Virus record (IMG/VR): IMGVR_UViG_3300032330_001197
Location: 1-28,965 of that record
From: a virus
Lineage: Duplodnaviria; Caudoviricetes
Reading direction: 5' to 3' (one strand)
Length of the DNA stretch: 28,965 nucleotides
Of the stretch, positions 1 to 9,799 are shown one piece after another; position 1 is the first letter of the stretch; the number at the start of each line of letters is the position of its first letter. The notes beneath the pieces were generated by a model. That model was given only the letters and a program-made list of their open reading frames with translations. It made no database searches and had not been told where the DNA came from. The translations under genes and the position numbers were made by a program.

Positions 1-1
1 A

Positions 2-1180
2 TCATCTACACCAAGTGGTGCACCGGGTAATACTATTACTCTTCAACCAGCAGGTTCTGGTGTTACTACTAATCAAAGACTATTAGTATACCCAACAGCA
101 GCCGATGGTGATCACATTCACATGACTAGTGGTAATCTATATGAAACTGAATTGTTCTTAGGTAGTGATAATTTATATGTTAAGTTATCAAATACAGGTA
201 ATGTTGTTGTCAACAGTAATGATGGTGCTGGCAATAGTGCTACATGGACATTTGATACTACTGGTAATTTAAATGTCCCTGGTAATATTGTAGGTCCAGC
301 AAGTGCTAACTTTACTATCTATGCTAATGCAGGTGTACATGAGTTTACATTTGGTGATGATGGTACATTCTATGCCCCAGACAATGTTGTATTAGGCGGA
401 ACAAGTGTAACAATTGGACCAGGAGCTAACTCACTAACTGGATTTGGAAACGCTGTACTAGTAGCAAGTAGCAATAGTGAAGCATATGTTCAAGCAGTTA
501 TCAATAATGTTTCAGATGTTGGTAGTGCTGACTGGGTAGCATACGGACATCATGGAACTGATGAAGGTGGATGGGCAGATGTAGGCTTTACAAGTTCAGG
601 CTTTAATGATGCCAATTATTCTATAACTAAACCAGGCAGTGGATATGTATTTGCTCATGGGTTTAGTCCGTCTCAACCTACAGCAGCAGGTGATGGTAGT
701 TTAGTATTAGCGACCGGTGAACAAGGTAATGTAAAAGATATTATATTTGCTACTGGTGGATTCTTAGAAGCAAATGAGTTTATGAGAATTAGTGATAGTA
801 ATAATGCATTACAGTTAACAAAACAAGGTGTAACTCTTGGTGATTATCCTAATGCTGGACCAGCTGCAAATACTGCTGCATTATCTGGCGCACAAGTTTA
901 TCTAAGTAGTACTGATGGAAATGCTTGGGTTGGTGTTGAAAATGGTACGCCAACGATTGGAAGTACTCTAACTACAGTTTGGTCATTTAGTGCAAATGGT
1001 GTCATAACTAATCCAGTAATACCATATGCTAACTTACCGGCACCAACTACTCCTGGATTAAGAGCATTTATCAATGATTCAAACTTAGCGCCAGGTGGTA
1101 ATTTTGGCGTTGAAATAAGTGGTGGTGGCGGGAATTATGTACCAGTCTTTAGTGACGGTGCTAATTGGTGCATAGGTTAA
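2..1180 (+). CDS. tail fibre-like / virion structural protein, 5'-truncated by window edge
   Basis: Frame is open from base 2 through the ATG at 122; Gly/Asn/Thr/Ser-rich beta-type repeats (WTFDTTG, FTFGDDG, WSFSANG); C-terminal VPVFSDGANW motif typical of phage fibre ends. Confidence 0.6.
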   Translation, partial: SSTPSGAPGNTITLQPAGSGVTTNQRLLVYPTAADGDHIHMTSGNLYETELFLGSDNLYVKLSNTGNVVVNSNDGAGNSATWTFDTTGNLNVPGNIVGPASANFTIYANAGVHEFTFGDDGTFYAPDNVVLGGTSVTIGPGANSLTGFGNAVLVASSNSEAYVQAVINNVSDVGSADWVAYGHHGTDEGGWADVGFTSSGFNDANYSITKPGSGYVFAHGFSPSQPTAAGDGSLVLATGEQGNVKDIIFATGGFLEANEFMRISDSNNALQLTKQGVTLGDYPNAGPAANTAALSGAQVYLSSTDGNAWVGVENGTPTIGSTLTTVWSFSANGVITNPVIPYANLPAPTTPGLRAFINDSNLAPGGNFGVEISGGGGNYVPVFSDGANWCIG

Positions 1181-1181
1181 T

Positions 1182-2021
1182 ATGAAACAAGACCCAAGTA
1201 CAATAGTTGATATTGAACAGGATCCAGGACTACATCGTAGACCTATAGTTCAGAAAGTAACTAAAGCACTATTCAGTATCCCTAAATATCATTGGGTCAA
1301 AGATAAAATAGATAGTAGAGATCATCCATATCAATTAACCAACACTGAACAATCTAATATTGTAGACTTAAGACAATACTGTTCAACAATTGAGAATCAA
1401 GGTAATCTTGGTAGCTGCACTGGTAACGCAATAGCAGGTGCAATAGAATTACTACACAAAAGACAAAATAGGACACTTGACATAAGCCGCTTGTTCATCT
1501 ATTACTATGAAAGATTGTTCATTGGTAAAGTGAATTATGATAGTGGTGCATATATACGTGATGGTATAAAAGCATGTTATACATATGGTGCTCCAACAGA
1601 AAACTTATGGCCATATAATATCAGTAAGTTTAGAACTGCTCCATCAAAAATAGCATTGACTGATGCAGCAAAAAGAAAAGTTACATCATATCAAAGAGCA
1701 ACAGACTTTAATCAAGTAATAGATGCTATCACTAGTGGATATCCAGTTACAATTGGGTTTAGTGTATACTCAAGTTTTGATAGTCCTATAGTAGCAAGAA
1801 CAGGTATAATGTCATATCCTGATACTAAAAAAGAAAGATTACTAGGCGGACATGCTGTATTATTAGTTGGCTACAACAAAAACAATAACACATTCATAGC
1901 TAGAAACAGTTGGGGGACAAATTGGGGTGACAACGGTTACTTCTATATGCCATTTCAAGTGATACAAAACACTAGTATGAGTAGTGACTTCTGGGTTATA
2001 AAATCAATTAGCAACCCTTAA
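1182..2021 (+). CDS. papain-like cysteine protease (peptidase C1A)
   Basis: QGNLGSC (oxyanion Gln and catalytic Cys), GGHAV (His), RNSWG..WG.NGYF (Asn). Confidence 0.93.
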   Translation: MKQDPSTIVDIEQDPGLHRRPIVQKVTKALFSIPKYHWVKDKIDSRDHPYQLTNTEQSNIVDLRQYCSTIENQGNLGSCTGNAIAGAIELLHKRQNRTLDISRLFIYYYERLFIGKVNYDSGAYIRDGIKACYTYGAPTENLWPYNISKFRTAPSKIALTDAAKRKVTSYQRATDFNQVIDAITSGYPVTIGFSVYSSFDSPIVARTGIMSYPDTKKERLLGGHAVLLVGYNKNNNTFIARNSWGTNWGDNGYFYMPFQVIQNTSMSSDFWVIKSISNP

Positions 2022-2024
2022 CAG

Positions 2025-2031
2025 ATAAATA
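2025..2031 (+). promoter_or_regulatory. TAAATA late-type promoter box
   Basis: ATAAATA followed by AAGGA RBS and ATG at 2055. Confidence 0.5.
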
Positions 2032-2054
2032 TATAGATATAAAGGAACAACATC

Positions 2055-2372
2055 ATGTCAGCACCATTTTCAATAGGGCCGGGAATAGATATCGGCGGCG
2101 GGATAAAAGTTGGTCCTAATACATCATTAACAACTACACCTGCCCAGTCATACTCTGCCGGAGCAAGTATGAGTACGTTTAGAGTATTAAACCGAGGTGG
2201 TAACTGGGATGAATTTTTTGCAAACTGGACTAACGGTACTTGGTCATGCGATCAATTTCCAGGATCAGTAGTTGTCAATATGACAAATCCAGGTGATGAT
2301 AGTCCTATTATCACAATCACAGGCGGCACATTTGTTCTAAATAGTTTTTACGATTTTACAGGATTAATTTAA
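2055..2372 (+). CDS. hypothetical virion-associated protein with MSAPFSIGPGI N-terminal tag
   Basis: AAGGA RBS; first 11 aa identical to the next ORF. Confidence 0.65.
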   Translation: MSAPFSIGPGIDIGGGIKVGPNTSLTTTPAQSYSAGASMSTFRVLNRGGNWDEFFANWTNGTWSCDQFPGSVVVNMTNPGDDSPIITITGGTFVLNSFYDFTGLI

Positions 2373-2374
2373 TT

Positions 2375-3085
2375 ATGTCAGCACCATTTTCAATAGGACC
2401 AGGAATTACAATTGGAGAAGGAATTGAGATTGGAATTCCTCCGGAATTAATGTTGAGTTTAGATGCCGCTGGGTATACAAGCGGACCGTGGGTAGATAGT
2501 GTTTCAAGTCGTTCATTTACATTATACGGCGGAGTAACATATAGTGCTAGCAACGGCGGCACTCTATCATTTGACCCAGTATCAGAACAATATGCTCAAT
2601 GTACTTCAAGTTTAGCTGATTTAAGTACATGGTCAGTTGAAGTATGGCATTACTATACTGACACAAATACAGGAGAAAGACCTTGTATTATTACTGAAAT
2701 ATACCCGGGTGTCACTGGGCAACTTAATTACTTCTTGGGAAGTTTAACTACCAACAGTCCAGATTTACAATCAGGATACTTCAATGGTGGATTTCAAACA
2801 ACCCCAACAGGATATACATTAACAGCAGGTAACTGGTATCAGATCGTAGGAACATATGATGGTTCAAATGTAAAACTATATGTCAATAACACATTAGTTG
2901 GACAAGCTACAGCATCCGGCAGTCAACCAATATCTAGTCAAGGTGGTATCAATATAATGCGCCGTTGGGACAATCCAGAATACTGGGGCGGTAAGTTAGG
3001 CATAGTTAATGTATACAAAGGTTCATTAAGTGCTGGATTAATTAATTCTAGTTGGAACGCAAACAAAGCACGATTCGGGCTATAA
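2375..3085 (+). CDS. LamG / concanavalin A-like lectin domain protein
   Basis: LDA.., WSVEVW, GNWYQIVGTYDGSNVKLYVN, closing K.RFGL: pattern typical of phage Laminin_G_3 proteins. Confidence 0.85.
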   Translation: MSAPFSIGPGITIGEGIEIGIPPELMLSLDAAGYTSGPWVDSVSSRSFTLYGGVTYSASNGGTLSFDPVSEQYAQCTSSLADLSTWSVEVWHYYTDTNTGERPCIITEIYPGVTGQLNYFLGSLTTNSPDLQSGYFNGGFQTTPTGYTLTAGNWYQIVGTYDGSNVKLYVNNTLVGQATASGSQPISSQGGINIMRRWDNPEYWGGKLGIVNVYKGSLSAGLINSSWNANKARFGL

Positions 3086-3113
3086 TTATTTTTCGGCAAC
3101 ACAAGGCCTAGAT

Positions 3114-3119
3114 TAAATA
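3114..3119 (+). promoter_or_regulatory. TAAATA box directly upstream of start (probable leaderless transcript)
   Basis: TAAATA 5 nt before ATG 3125; no SD. Confidence 0.45.
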
Positions 3120-3124
3120 TCTAA

Positions 3125-4258
3125 ATGAATAACAAATTTAGATTCCATATACTAGGTTTACCGCATACGGTTACAAGCAAAGAATACAATGCGTGTGCTT
3201 ACACGCAGAAGGTTGTCAAATTTGGCAAGATGATGAAGGCCCGTGGCCATACAATCATTCACTATGGACATGAAGATAGCGATTTAGAATGCGATGAACA
3301 TGTCACAGTAATCACCAATGAAGATTGGGAGATCGCATATGGTGATTATGATTGGCGTAAAAACTTCTTCAAGTTCAGCACAGACGACCATGCTTATCAA
3401 ACATTCTATGCGAATGCTATCAGAGAAGTTGGTAAACGCAAACAAAAGAATGACTTCATATTACCCTTCTGGGGTAGTGGTGTAAGACCAATCTGTGATG
3501 CACATCCAGATATGATTACCGTAGAACCAGGCATTGGTTACGCAGGTGGACATTGGGCACGTTGGAAGATATTTGAAAGTTATGCTATATATCACGCTTA
3601 CTATGGGCTAGATGCAGTTGGTACTTGCAAATCAGATTGGTATGATGCTGTTATTCCAAACTACTTTGATCCAGATGACTTTGACTTCAAAGAAGAAAAA
3701 CAAGATTACTTCTTGTTCTTAGGACGAGTATATAATGGCAAAGGTATTCATGTAGCAATACAAGCAACAGAAGCGATTGGTGCTAAACTAATCATTGCAG
3801 GACAGAATCCAGAGAATTTGGAATTTCCTCCTCACGTAGAGTTTGCAGGTTATGCTGATGTAGCTAAACGCAAAGAGTTAATGAGTAACGCTAAGGGAGC
3901 ATTCGTTCCAAGTATGTATATTGAACCGTTCGGCGGCGTACAAATTGAAATGTTAATGAGTGGTACACCTACAATCACAACTGACTGGGGTAGTTTCACA
4001 GAGAATAACATTCACGGATACACTGGCTATCGTTGTCATACGTTTGACCACTTTGTGTGGGCAGCAAAAAACATTCATAACATTGATCCAAAGAATTGCA
4101 GAAAGTTTGCTGAAAACTTTACACTAGAACGTGTTGCACCCATGTATGAAGAATACTTTCAAATGGTATTAGATGTACATGAAGGTAAAGGCTGGTATCA
4201 AATGCATGAGGACAGAACAAATATGAATTGGCTAAAGAAAGACCTACCAAATCTATGA
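3125..4258 (+). CDS. GT-B (GT4-like) glycosyltransferase
   Basis: FLGR...[21 protein letters not shown] (ExFG-x4-E motif). Confidence 0.88.
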   Translation: MNNKFRFHILGLPHTVTSKEYNACAYTQKVVKFGKMMKARGHTIIHYGHEDSDLECDEHVTVITNEDWEIAYGDYDWRKNFFKFSTDDHAYQTFYANAIREVGKRKQKNDFILPFWGSGVRPICDAHPDMITVEPGIGYAGGHWARWKIFESYAIYHAYYGLDAVGTCKSDWYDAVIPNYFDPDDFDFKEEKQDYFLFLGRVYNGKGIHVAIQATEAIGAKLIIAGQNPENLEFPPHVEFAGYADVAKRKELMSNAKGAFVPSMYIEPFGGVQIEMLMSGTPTITTDWGSFTENNIHGYTGYRCHTFDHFVWAAKNIHNIDPKNCRKFAENFTLERVAPMYEEYFQMVLDVHEGKGWYQMHEDRTNMNWLKKDLPNL

Positions 4259-4824
4259 GCGACCATCACGACGACCACAAATTTGAAATAGAGTATTGGG
4301 GCGATTGCGCTAATACTTTTGACGAGGATCAAAAGCATTTTGTCTATGCTAGATTTATGGAGATACCTCAATTGCATTATTCATTTGATGCTAAAAACAA
4401 ACGCATACTTGATATAGGTGGTGGACCTAGTTCTATGCTTCTTAAGTGTAAGAACTTGGCTGAAGGTAAAGTCTGCGACCCGATTGACTATCCTGAATGG
4501 ACTAAACTACGCTATGCTGGGCATAACATTAGTGTTAATGTTCAACCGGGCGAAGAGGTTGATGAAGAAGGTTGGGATGAAGTTTGGATTTACAATTGCC
4601 TGCAACACGTTGAAAGTGTAGAACGAATCATTAACAATGCCAAACGTGCAGCACCTGTACTCAGACTGTTTGAATGGATTGATATTCCACCGCATGACGG
4701 ACATCCTTTTGAATTGACTAAAGATATGTTAGATGGTATCATTGCATTACCGGGCTCTGGCACAGTAACATTGCGTGAATCAGGATGCTACGGCAAAGCC
4801 TACTATGGCGTATTTAAACAATGA
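4255..4824 (+). CDS. class I SAM-dependent methyltransferase-like protein
   Basis: ILDIGGGP motif I, D..W.YNCLQH; start reassigned to ATG 4255 (ATGA overlap with upstream stop). Confidence 0.7.
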   Translation: MSDHHDDHKFEIEYWGDCANTFDEDQKHFVYARFMEIPQLHYSFDAKNKRILDIGGGPSSMLLKCKNLAEGKVCDPIDYPEWTKLRYAGHNISVNVQPGEEVDEEGWDEVWIYNCLQHVESVERIINNAKRAAPVLRLFEWIDIPPHDGHPFELTKDMLDGIIALPGSGTVTLRESGCYGKAYYGVFKQ

Positions 4825-4825
4825 A

Positions 4826-5659
4826 ATGAAACCGATTAGAATTTATATTTCGTGTAACGAGTTACCGAATACTAAAGCCAGTCTGTTTCATATCATCAGC
4901 AAACTAAAAGCCAGCAATCTACATAACGAGAAAATAATCATCGTCCATTCTGTTGATTGGACACCGTATGATTTCTTAGATGGACTAGACATTGAATATG
5001 TCAATAGTGGCTTCACTGCATCACACTATGAATTCCCTACGATAAGAAAGTTTTGGCAAGATAGTAACGAATCAGATTTCTATGGGTTATATCTACATTG
5101 CAAAGGCTCTAGCAAAACAGATACACTAGAATTTGAAAATGGCTTGCGCTGGGCAACATTAATGATGTATGGTGTTATAGATAATAGCAATACTTGTTTA
5201 TATCATTTAAATCAAGGAGCCGATCTTGTCGGTTCTATGTGGCATTGGCACTTTAAGGGCAATTTCTATTGGTTCAATTCAATGTATGTTAAGCAGATAA
5301 ACGACCCATACTTGTTTGATTTAGATTACAGAAACAATTGTGAATTCTGGGCTGCATACAGTTATTGGTGGGGTAGATATGAGTTACCAAAAATAAAAAA
5401 TCTATTCTATCTACCTAGTCTAAGTAAAGACAGTGAGTTTATAAACATAGACACATTGCCCTCATTGTTTCAAAAGAAAGTTATAGCAAGTAATTTTAAT
5501 GACTATCTATTAACACAGGAATACTTTGCGTTTGATGTTATATCATTAACTAATGATGAATACAATCAGTACAGAAATATACTTAAGAAGTTTTTAAACT
5601 ATGATGGAATAGTGATAAACACGGACACTCGGCAAATAATTAATTACGACTCAATATGA
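4826..5659 (+). CDS. hypothetical protein, likely glycan-related
   Basis: YLHxKG and HFKGNFYW motifs, located within a glycosyltransferase cluster; start reassigned to ATG 4826. Confidence 0.5.
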   Translation: MKPIRIYISCNELPNTKASLFHIISKLKASNLHNEKIIIVHSVDWTPYDFLDGLDIEYVNSGFTASHYEFPTIRKFWQDSNESDFYGLYLHCKGSSKTDTLEFENGLRWATLMMYGVIDNSNTCLYHLNQGADLVGSMWHWHFKGNFYWFNSMYVKQINDPYLFDLDYRNNCEFWAAYSYWWGRYELPKIKNLFYLPSLSKDSEFINIDTLPSLFQKKVIASNFNDYLLTQEYFAFDVISLTNDEYNQYRNILKKFLNYDGIVINTDTRQIINYDSI

Positions 5660-6552
5660 AAAAAATAGTATTTTACATGGAGCCTACTTGGGCATTTGGA
5701 ACAATTCACTATGAATTGTGTAAGTATCTTTGGGGCTATGGATTTGATTGTCAACTACTACCCTGGAATCAAAGCTACAGTTTACCGGAGATGCAGGAGT
5801 TAATTGATACTACTGACTTGTTTGTTACCACTCCGCATGGATGGAGGTTGTTAGGGTACAGTTATAAAATTGTTGATCCAAAGCAATGTGTAATTATCAG
5901 TCATTCAAAATTAGATATGGATGAACTAATAGAGATGCACGGGCATGATGACTTCTATAAGTTTCACAAGTACGGTGCCGTTAGTGAATGGTTAAGTCAA
6001 GTTAGTACACAGTTAGGTATTACTAGACCTGCAACTGTTACTCCATTGGGAATTAACACTAACAGTTTTTATAGTAAGCCAAACGATTCATTGCGTACAG
6101 TCGGCTGTATGAATTTAGGTCAAGTGGGTGTTCATCAAAAGATTAAGCGTCCATGGTTGTTAGAGATTGCTACACAACGAGCAGGGTTGAATATTAAAGC
6201 AGCAGCAGCATATCATCATTCATTCATAACAATGCCGGGCTTTTATAAAAGTGTAGATGCAGTACTAATTGCTAGTACAGAAGAAGGAGCAGGCTTACCT
6301 TTGTTAGAAGCAGGTGCTGCTGGTAAATTAGTTATCAGTACCCCAGTTGGACACTACCATAGAGTTGGAAATGTCGGTGCTAATTTTGTTCCAATTGCAG
6401 AGGATGAGTTTATAGAAAAGACAGTAGAGATATTGAGTTACTATAAAGCAAATCCGGAACAATATCGTCAACGATGTTTAGAGATACAACACCATGCTCA
6501 ATCATACGATTGGAAATATGTGATTGATAAATGGATTGAAATATTAAGTTAA
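5656..6552 (+). CDS. GT-B (GT4-like) glycosyltransferase
   Basis: S..EGAGLPLLEAGAAGKLVISTPVG motif; ATGA coupling to upstream gene. Confidence 0.85.
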   Translation: MKKIVFYMEPTWAFGTIHYELCKYLWGYGFDCQLLPWNQSYSLPEMQELIDTTDLFVTTPHGWRLLGYSYKIVDPKQCVIISHSKLDMDELIEMHGHDDFYKFHKYGAVSEWLSQVSTQLGITRPATVTPLGINTNSFYSKPNDSLRTVGCMNLGQVGVHQKIKRPWLLEIATQRAGLNIKAAAAYHHSFITMPGFYKSVDAVLIASTEEGAGLPLLEAGAAGKLVISTPVGHYHRVGNVGANFVPIAEDEFIEKTVEILSYYKANPEQYRQRCLEIQHHAQSYDWKYVIDKWIEILS

Positions 6553-6553
6553 T

Positions 6554-6579
6554 AAAAAAGCCCCTTTCGGGGCCTTTTT
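6554..6579. terminator. bidirectional intrinsic terminator at the strand convergence
   Basis: AAAAAA-GCCCC-TTTC-GGGGC-CTTTTT between convergent ORFs. Confidence 0.88.
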
Positions 6580-6790
6580 ATGTTTTCAGTTTCATTAACA
6601 TATAGTCAGTGTATTTTGACATACACATTGCGGGAATCTCCAAGAACGGATCCTCTAGGTGAAAGGGGCAAGCCGTTTTCCAAGTATTGTGTTCTTTGAA
6701 ATATTTTAGTTCCTTCAAATCTTCAACCTTAGCCGGGTCAAAGTTACGACGGGGATTGAACTTATTGGCAAATGTGTTTAGTACTGACAT
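6578..6790 (-). CDS. hypothetical protein
   Basis: 70-aa ORF with AAGGA RBS. Confidence 0.7.
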   Translation of the reverse strand: MSVLNTFANKFNPRRNFDPAKVEDLKELKYFKEHNTWKTACPFHLEDPFLEIPAMCMSKYTDYMLMKLKT

Positions 6791-6805
6791 ATATTATTCC
6801 TTTGA

Positions 6806-7732
6806 TTAAATTAAGTAAGGGGTTGTATCAAAATTAAATTCAGACATTAAATCTAAATTATTGTTATGCCATCCAATCAATTCATTATGAAAACTATTTG
6901 AATTAATAGAAAACATTTCTTCTAAATAACCTTTGACAAACAAGTTGCTATATCTAATTAAATTTCCTTTATCAATTATAACTTGATTTAAATCAACGTA
7001 TTCATTATATGAATGTAGTTGGGCATATTTTTTATATACTTCTATTGGGGTAGAGTTAAAAATTTCGTTATACGTAAGTGTATTATCTAAATCCATTCCC
7101 CAAGCAATGATAGACGTTTGAATTCCTGTAATTGTTTTAACATTATTCTGTATAGCCCAGTTCATTCCATTCTTTATATTGTTATATCTTTTGCTATCAT
7201 TTGCACTTCCGTCTAAATGAACAGTAAATATTTTTTGAACGTCATCTAATGAATTTATATGATGCTCGGTATTTAATACTTTGATGAATAACAATATTCC
7301 TGCATAGTTGTGCCATACTTCATTATCTGCTAATACCCAATATGAATTATTCACATTAAAGTAAGGATTAGTTGTCATATGACAGCGAATCAAAAGTGGG
7401 GCTGTATCAGAATTCAAAAAGTTTACAGCTTCTTCCGTTATGTGTTTAACGTTTTCGTTTCTATTACGAAATTGTGTTAGGAGCTCCGTAATCAAATCAG
7501 ACTGGGTGAGAGAATTTGATCTAGCCCTAGATAAAGATTCAAAAAAGTTTGGTAAATGTATATGGGTTCTGTTAACATCTTTTGCTAATTTTTTACTAGC
7601 AATCTTTCTAAATTTTGGAGAATATTTAGAAATCAAATAAGATAAAAATTCACCACCACTACCACCGCGATATATTAAATAATACAGTGGATAGTCATCT
7701 AACACTCTTTTAATTAAATCCTCATCACCCAT
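6806..7732 (-). CDS. hypothetical protein, possible sulfotransferase-like P-loop fold
   Basis: 308-aa very AT-rich ORF; N-terminal YRGGSGGEFL resembles a PAPS-binding loop (weak). Confidence 0.45.
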   Translation of the reverse strand: MGDEDLIKRVLDDYPLYYLIYRGGSGGEFLSYLISKYSPKFRKIASKKLAKDVNRTHIHLPNFFESLSRARSNSLTQSDLITELLTQFRNRNENVKHITEEAVNFLNSDTAPLLIRCHMTTNPYFNVNNSYWVLADNEVWHNYAGILLFIKVLNTEHHINSLDDVQKIFTVHLDGSANDSKRYNNIKNGMNWAIQNNVKTITGIQTSIIAWGMDLDNTLTYNEIFNSTPIEVYKKYAQLHSYNEYVDLNQVIIDKGNLIRYSNLFVKGYLEEMFSINSNSFHNELIGWHNNNLDLMSEFNFDTTPYLI

Positions 7733-7738
7733 ACGATT

Positions 7739-7927
7739 TTAATTACGTTCCATTGCAGCGGCTTCAGCGATTACAGCATAGACTTGATCCAATGTTTGGC
7801 ACATAACCTTTGCAGTTTTCCAATCGTTGTCAGAGTCCTGACCGGACACTTCAACCATGTAGCCATTGTCATACATATTGACAGTTAGGCTATCACTACA
7901 TTTTGCGAGTTTATCAGCGAGTTTCAT
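7739..7927 (-). CDS. hypothetical protein
   Basis: 62-aa ORF with AAGGA RBS. Confidence 0.7.
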   Translation of the reverse strand: MKLADKLAKCSDSLTVNMYDNGYMVEVSGQDSDNDWKTAKVMCQTLDQVYAVIAEAAAMERN

Positions 7928-7947
7928 ACTATTCCTTTGTTAAGAGT

Positions 7948-7964
7948 AGGGGCATATAGCCCCT
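7948..7964 (-). terminator. intergenic hairpin (weak terminator or 3' stabiliser)
   Basis: AGGGGC-TATAT-GCCCCT just after stop 7971; poor U-tract. Confidence 0.5.
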
Positions 7965-7970
7965 CTTTGT

Positions 7971-8351
7971 TTACTGTGCCGTAACACCAGCTTCAGCGAG
8001 AACTTGCTCTACTGAAACGTTCTTCTTAGCACGAGCCTTGATAGCATCAATGCTAGGCTTAGTCTTTGCGACCTTAACCTTTACAGTACCCTTGTTTGCT
8101 TCCTTGAGTTTGTCAGCAAGAGTATCCGCGATAGTTGCCTGATCGCCGGGAGATGCAAACATCTCAAGTGTAGCGATATGCTGAAGTGCCTCTACCTTAG
8201 TCATTTCACTAGGCAACTCTACCAAGTCAATACGACTTGCTCCGCCCTTAGTGAACTGCTTGATACGGCGAACCATATCATCAGTGAAACGAACTTTAGT
8301 ATTACCGTTGTGAGTAGTAAGACCAGCGACTTTGAAAGTTTGATTAGCCAT
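7971..8351 (-). CDS. hypothetical basic protein
   Basis: 126 aa, Lys/Ala-rich C-terminus, AAAGGAAA RBS, own promoter and 5' hairpin. Confidence 0.75.
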   Translation of the reverse strand: MANQTFKVAGLTTHNGNTKVRFTDDMVRRIKQFTKGGASRIDLVELPSEMTKVEALQHIATLEMFASPGDQATIADTLADKLKEANKGTVKVKVAKTKPSIDAIKARAKKNVSVEQVLAEAGVTAQ

Positions 8352-8386
8352 TTTGTTTCCTTTAAGATAAGCTAAGTTTTAAAAAT

Positions 8387-8442
8387 GTGCCGATATCACT
8401 CAGCACTGTTATAATGATAACACAGATTGGCATTATTGTCAA
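8387..8442 (-). promoter_or_regulatory. sigma70-type promoter with 5'-UTR stem-loop
   Basis: TTGACA(8442-8437)-N17-TATCAT(8419-8414), then GTGCTGA-GTGATA-TCGGCAC hairpin (8406-8387). Confidence 0.75.
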
Positions 8443-8463
8443 CCATAATGTTACCCATTATTC

Positions 8464-8733
8464 TTACAGTCCTGTAATATCTACAGTAACTTCCTTGTGA
8501 CCAGTTTTGCTTTGGATGAACTTCATTCCAACCCGACCAAGGATTGCGTCTTTGATAATTGGTGTCATGTCATGACCAACACCATCACGCTTGGATGCGG
8601 GTTCAAGAAATTTACCAATGAATGGGCGGGTGATTGTCTTAACTTCACCGGTTGCAAGTTTAGATTGAATCAATAGCAAACCGTTTTCTACGATAGCAGT
8701 TTCCAGTTTACGTTGATATTTTGCTTTAGACAT
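8464..8733 (-). CDS. hypothetical protein
   Basis: 89 aa; its TCTTAAAGGAAACAAAATG leader is identical to that of the 8351 gene. Confidence 0.7.
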   Translation of the reverse strand: MSKAKYQRKLETAIVENGLLLIQSKLATGEVKTITRPFIGKFLEPASKRDGVGHDMTPIIKDAILGRVGMKFIQSKTGHKEVTVDITGL

Positions 8734-8763
8734 TTTGTTTCCTTTAAGAAAGTTTAAAATTAA

Positions 8764-8792
8764 ATTATAACACCAAAATAGTTTATTGTCAA
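8764..8792 (-). promoter_or_regulatory. sigma70 consensus promoter
   Basis: TTGACA-N17-TATAAT. Confidence 0.85.
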
Positions 8793-8795
8793 CTA

Positions 8796-9029
8796 TTATT
8801 TGCCCGAAAGAGCAAATTTTCCTAGGACACTTTGTGCAGTTGAAAGGTCCTCAACCTCATCATGAAATTCGGCAATTGCCAAATTCAATTGTGTTCCAAC
8901 ATTACGCACAACACGGCGAACATATTCCGATTCCTCAGGGCCAAGCATAGCAAAATACTTTTTCAATTGATCCTCAGACAATGATGACAAGAATTCAAAA
9001 AACAATAGTTGTTCAGCATCAATATTCAT
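8796..9029 (-). CDS. hypothetical protein
   Basis: ATG at 9029 just after upstream stop (9031), GAGG RBS. Confidence 0.65.
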   Translation of the reverse strand: MNIDAEQLLFFEFLSSLSEDQLKKYFAMLGPEESEYVRRVVRNVGTQLNLAIAEFHDEVEDLSTAQSVLGKFALSGK

Positions 9030-9030
9030 A

Positions 9031-9444
9031 TTAAGCCTCAACAGTGTAGTGTTTGTCCCACTTGCCTACGTTAACGTCAACATACCAGCCTACGTTAAAG
9101 TAGTCGGATTGAATGTCAGAGTGGTCATGATTACCATCATTCATAGCAGCAAACACTTCCTTCATAAAAGCAAGGGCTACACCGTCATAATGATTTTGGA
9201 AATGATAGGGGTTAACATCATCATAGCCGTTAGTGTTGGGAGTAAAACCACGAGCCACTTGATAGAAATCATTACCGCAAACTTTATTAGAATTAGCGAT
9301 AAAGTCAATAGCGCCCGACTTCAAGGTCAAACACAGGGTCATGTGATTACGTACAGACAACGAACCTTTGACTTTGTACTTAGCAAGAATAGCCTTGATT
9401 TTAGGGGCGATTTTTGCTTTCTTTTCCTGAGACATATAAGCCAT
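9031..9444 (-). CDS. conserved hypothetical phage protein
   Basis: AGGAG RBS; C-terminal D.QSDYFNVGWY..VNVG.WDK motif; own promoter. Confidence 0.75.
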   Translation of the reverse strand: MAYMSQEKKAKIAPKIKAILAKYKVKGSLSVRNHMTLCLTLKSGAIDFIANSNKVCGNDFYQVARGFTPNTNGYDDVNPYHFQNHYDGVALAFMKEVFAAMNDGNHDHSDIQSDYFNVGWYVDVNVGKWDKHYTVEA

Positions 9445-9460
9445 TTGAGAACTCCTGTAA

Positions 9461-9509
9461 TTAACTGATTAAGACTCTATTATATACCCAAAACCATTTA
9501 ATGTCAACC
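9461..9509 (-). repeat. promoter cassette repeat copy 1 (TTGACA-N17-TATAAT plus leader)
   Basis: 49 nt, 1 mismatch to 9744-9792. Confidence 0.92.
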
Positions 9510-9736
9510 TAAACTTCCACTAGTTGACCATTACGAACGAAGGACACGTACTCTACCTGACCCAGTACGTCTACCTTCTCGCCCAGTTCGGACTCTACGT
9601 AGCCTATTTCATCATAATACCACTTACCCTCACGCACACATTTTAGCACGTCCTCTACGGATCCGAACACACCTAATAGGTCCGATCCCTCATAGTCTAC
9701 GAACCCTAATAACGAATACACTTTCATTTTCTTCAC
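9509..9736 (-). CDS. hypothetical protein between two promoter cassettes
   Basis: Acidic ORF; start GTG 9736 or ATG 9727. Confidence 0.65.
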   Translation of the reverse strand: MKKMKVYSLLGFVDYEGSDLLGVFGSVEDVLKCVREGKWYYDEIGYVESELGEKVDVLGQVEYVSFVRNGQLVEV

Positions 9737-9743
9737 CTATTGT

Positions 9744-9792
9744 TTAACTGATTAAGACTATATTATATACCCAAAACCATTTAATGTCAACC
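9744..9792 (-). repeat. promoter cassette repeat copy 2
   Basis: ttaactgattaagactatattatatacccaaaaccatttaatgtcaacc. Confidence 0.92.
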
Positions 9793-9799
9793 GTCAGGA

